This document shows, one piece after another, positions 40,533 to 41,151 of a stretch of 41,151 nt of DNA (within the stretch, counting starts at the first letter, position 1; each line of letters starts with the position of its first letter). Source of the DNA: an uncultured Eisenbergiella sp. (GTDB lineage: Bacteria; Bacillota; Clostridia; Lachnospirales; Lachnospiraceae); assembly GCA_947626725.1 (NCBI GenBank), contig CANQTI010000001.1:1-41151 (forward strand), read 5' to 3'. Both the position numbers and the translations under genes were made by a program. The notes under the pieces were generated by a model. That model did not search any database and was not told the origin of the DNA. It saw only the letters and a list, made by a program, of their open reading frames with translations.

Positions 40533-41151
40533 ATGAAAAAATTACTGGCACTGACCCTGACGCTGGCCATGGTATGGACGCTGGCCGCGTGCGGGAACAA
40601 CACACAGCCCTCTGCTCCCGCAGAGGGCGAAGCGGCTGCAGAAGCCGACACCGCGCAGAACGAATCAGCCGCTGAAGAGTCCGCCGCTGCGGAAGATACC
40701 GCTTCCGCGCAGGAAGCTGCCTCTGCGGAAACCGCTGACAGCGATCTCGCCTATGTACAGGGCAAAGGCACCCTGGTGGTGGGCATCACCGAGTTTGAGC
40801 CCATGGACTATCAGGATGCCAACGGCGAATGGATCGGCTTCGATGCGGACATGGCGAAGGCATTTGCCGAAAGCCTGGGCGTGGAAGCGGAATTCGTCGT
40901 CATTGAATGGGACAATAAGGTCCTGGAGCTGGACGGCAAGACCATCGACTGCGTGTGGAACGGCATGACGCTGAATGACGAAGTGCTCAGCGCCATGGAA
41001 TGCTCCAACGCCTACTGCAACAACGCGCAGGTGGTCATCGTTCCCGCTGAGAAAGCGGACCAGTATCAGGATGTGGACAGCCTCTCCGACCTGACCTTCG
41101 CGGTGGAGGCCGGAAGCGCGGGCGAAGCCCAGGTTTCCGCTCTGGGTCTTG
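40533..41151 (+). CDS. polar amino-acid ABC transporter substrate-binding lipoprotein (partial, runs off the window; absent from the ORF track)
   Basis: GGAGGAG RBS, then MKKLLALTLTLAMVWTLAAC...GTLVVGITEFEPMDY...GFDADMAKA...IEWDNKVLELDGKTIDCVWNGMT. Confidence 0.92.
   Translation, partial: MKKLLALTLTLAMVWTLAACGNNTQPSAPAEGEAAAEADTAQNESAAEESAAAEDTASAQEAASAETADSDLAYVQGKGTLVVGITEFEPMDYQDANGEWIGFDADMAKAFAESLGVEAEFVVIEWDNKVLELDGKTIDCVWNGMTLNDEVLSAMECSNAYCNNAQVVIVPAEKADQYQDVDSLSDLTFAVEAGSAGEAQVSALGL

Overview
41-kb window from a Firmicute, probably Lachnospiraceae/Clostridia (inferred from gene content, Shine-Dalgarno use and lipoprotein signals). It is almost entirely accessory carbohydrate-utilisation DNA. 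From left to right: (1) a structured leader and a large type IV pilin-like gene. (2) A short scar region in which an orphan spmB-like fragment collides with a 3'-truncated GH38 alpha-mannosidase at a 6-bp microhomology. (3) A lower-GC ABC transporter + GH3 module. (4) A second ABC module with GH20, DUF4091/GH123-like, DUF5107 and a divergent GH2. (5) A YphG-like DUF5107-TPR gene, LacI, and a convergently arranged YesM/YesN-like two-component pair. (6) A ROK-linked divergon with a Zn-dehydrogenase, FGGY kinase, two atypical MtlD-family dehydrogenases and an UlaG-like metallo-hydrolase. (7) The start of an amino-acid ABC binding protein. The best candidate for an undescribed system is the DUF5107/YphG + ROK + Zn-dehydrogenase + tandem MtlD-like catabolic block. 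No rRNA, tRNA, CRISPR array, integrase or intact transposase was recognised. Family calls rest on motifs read by eye and recalled knowledge, not database searches.
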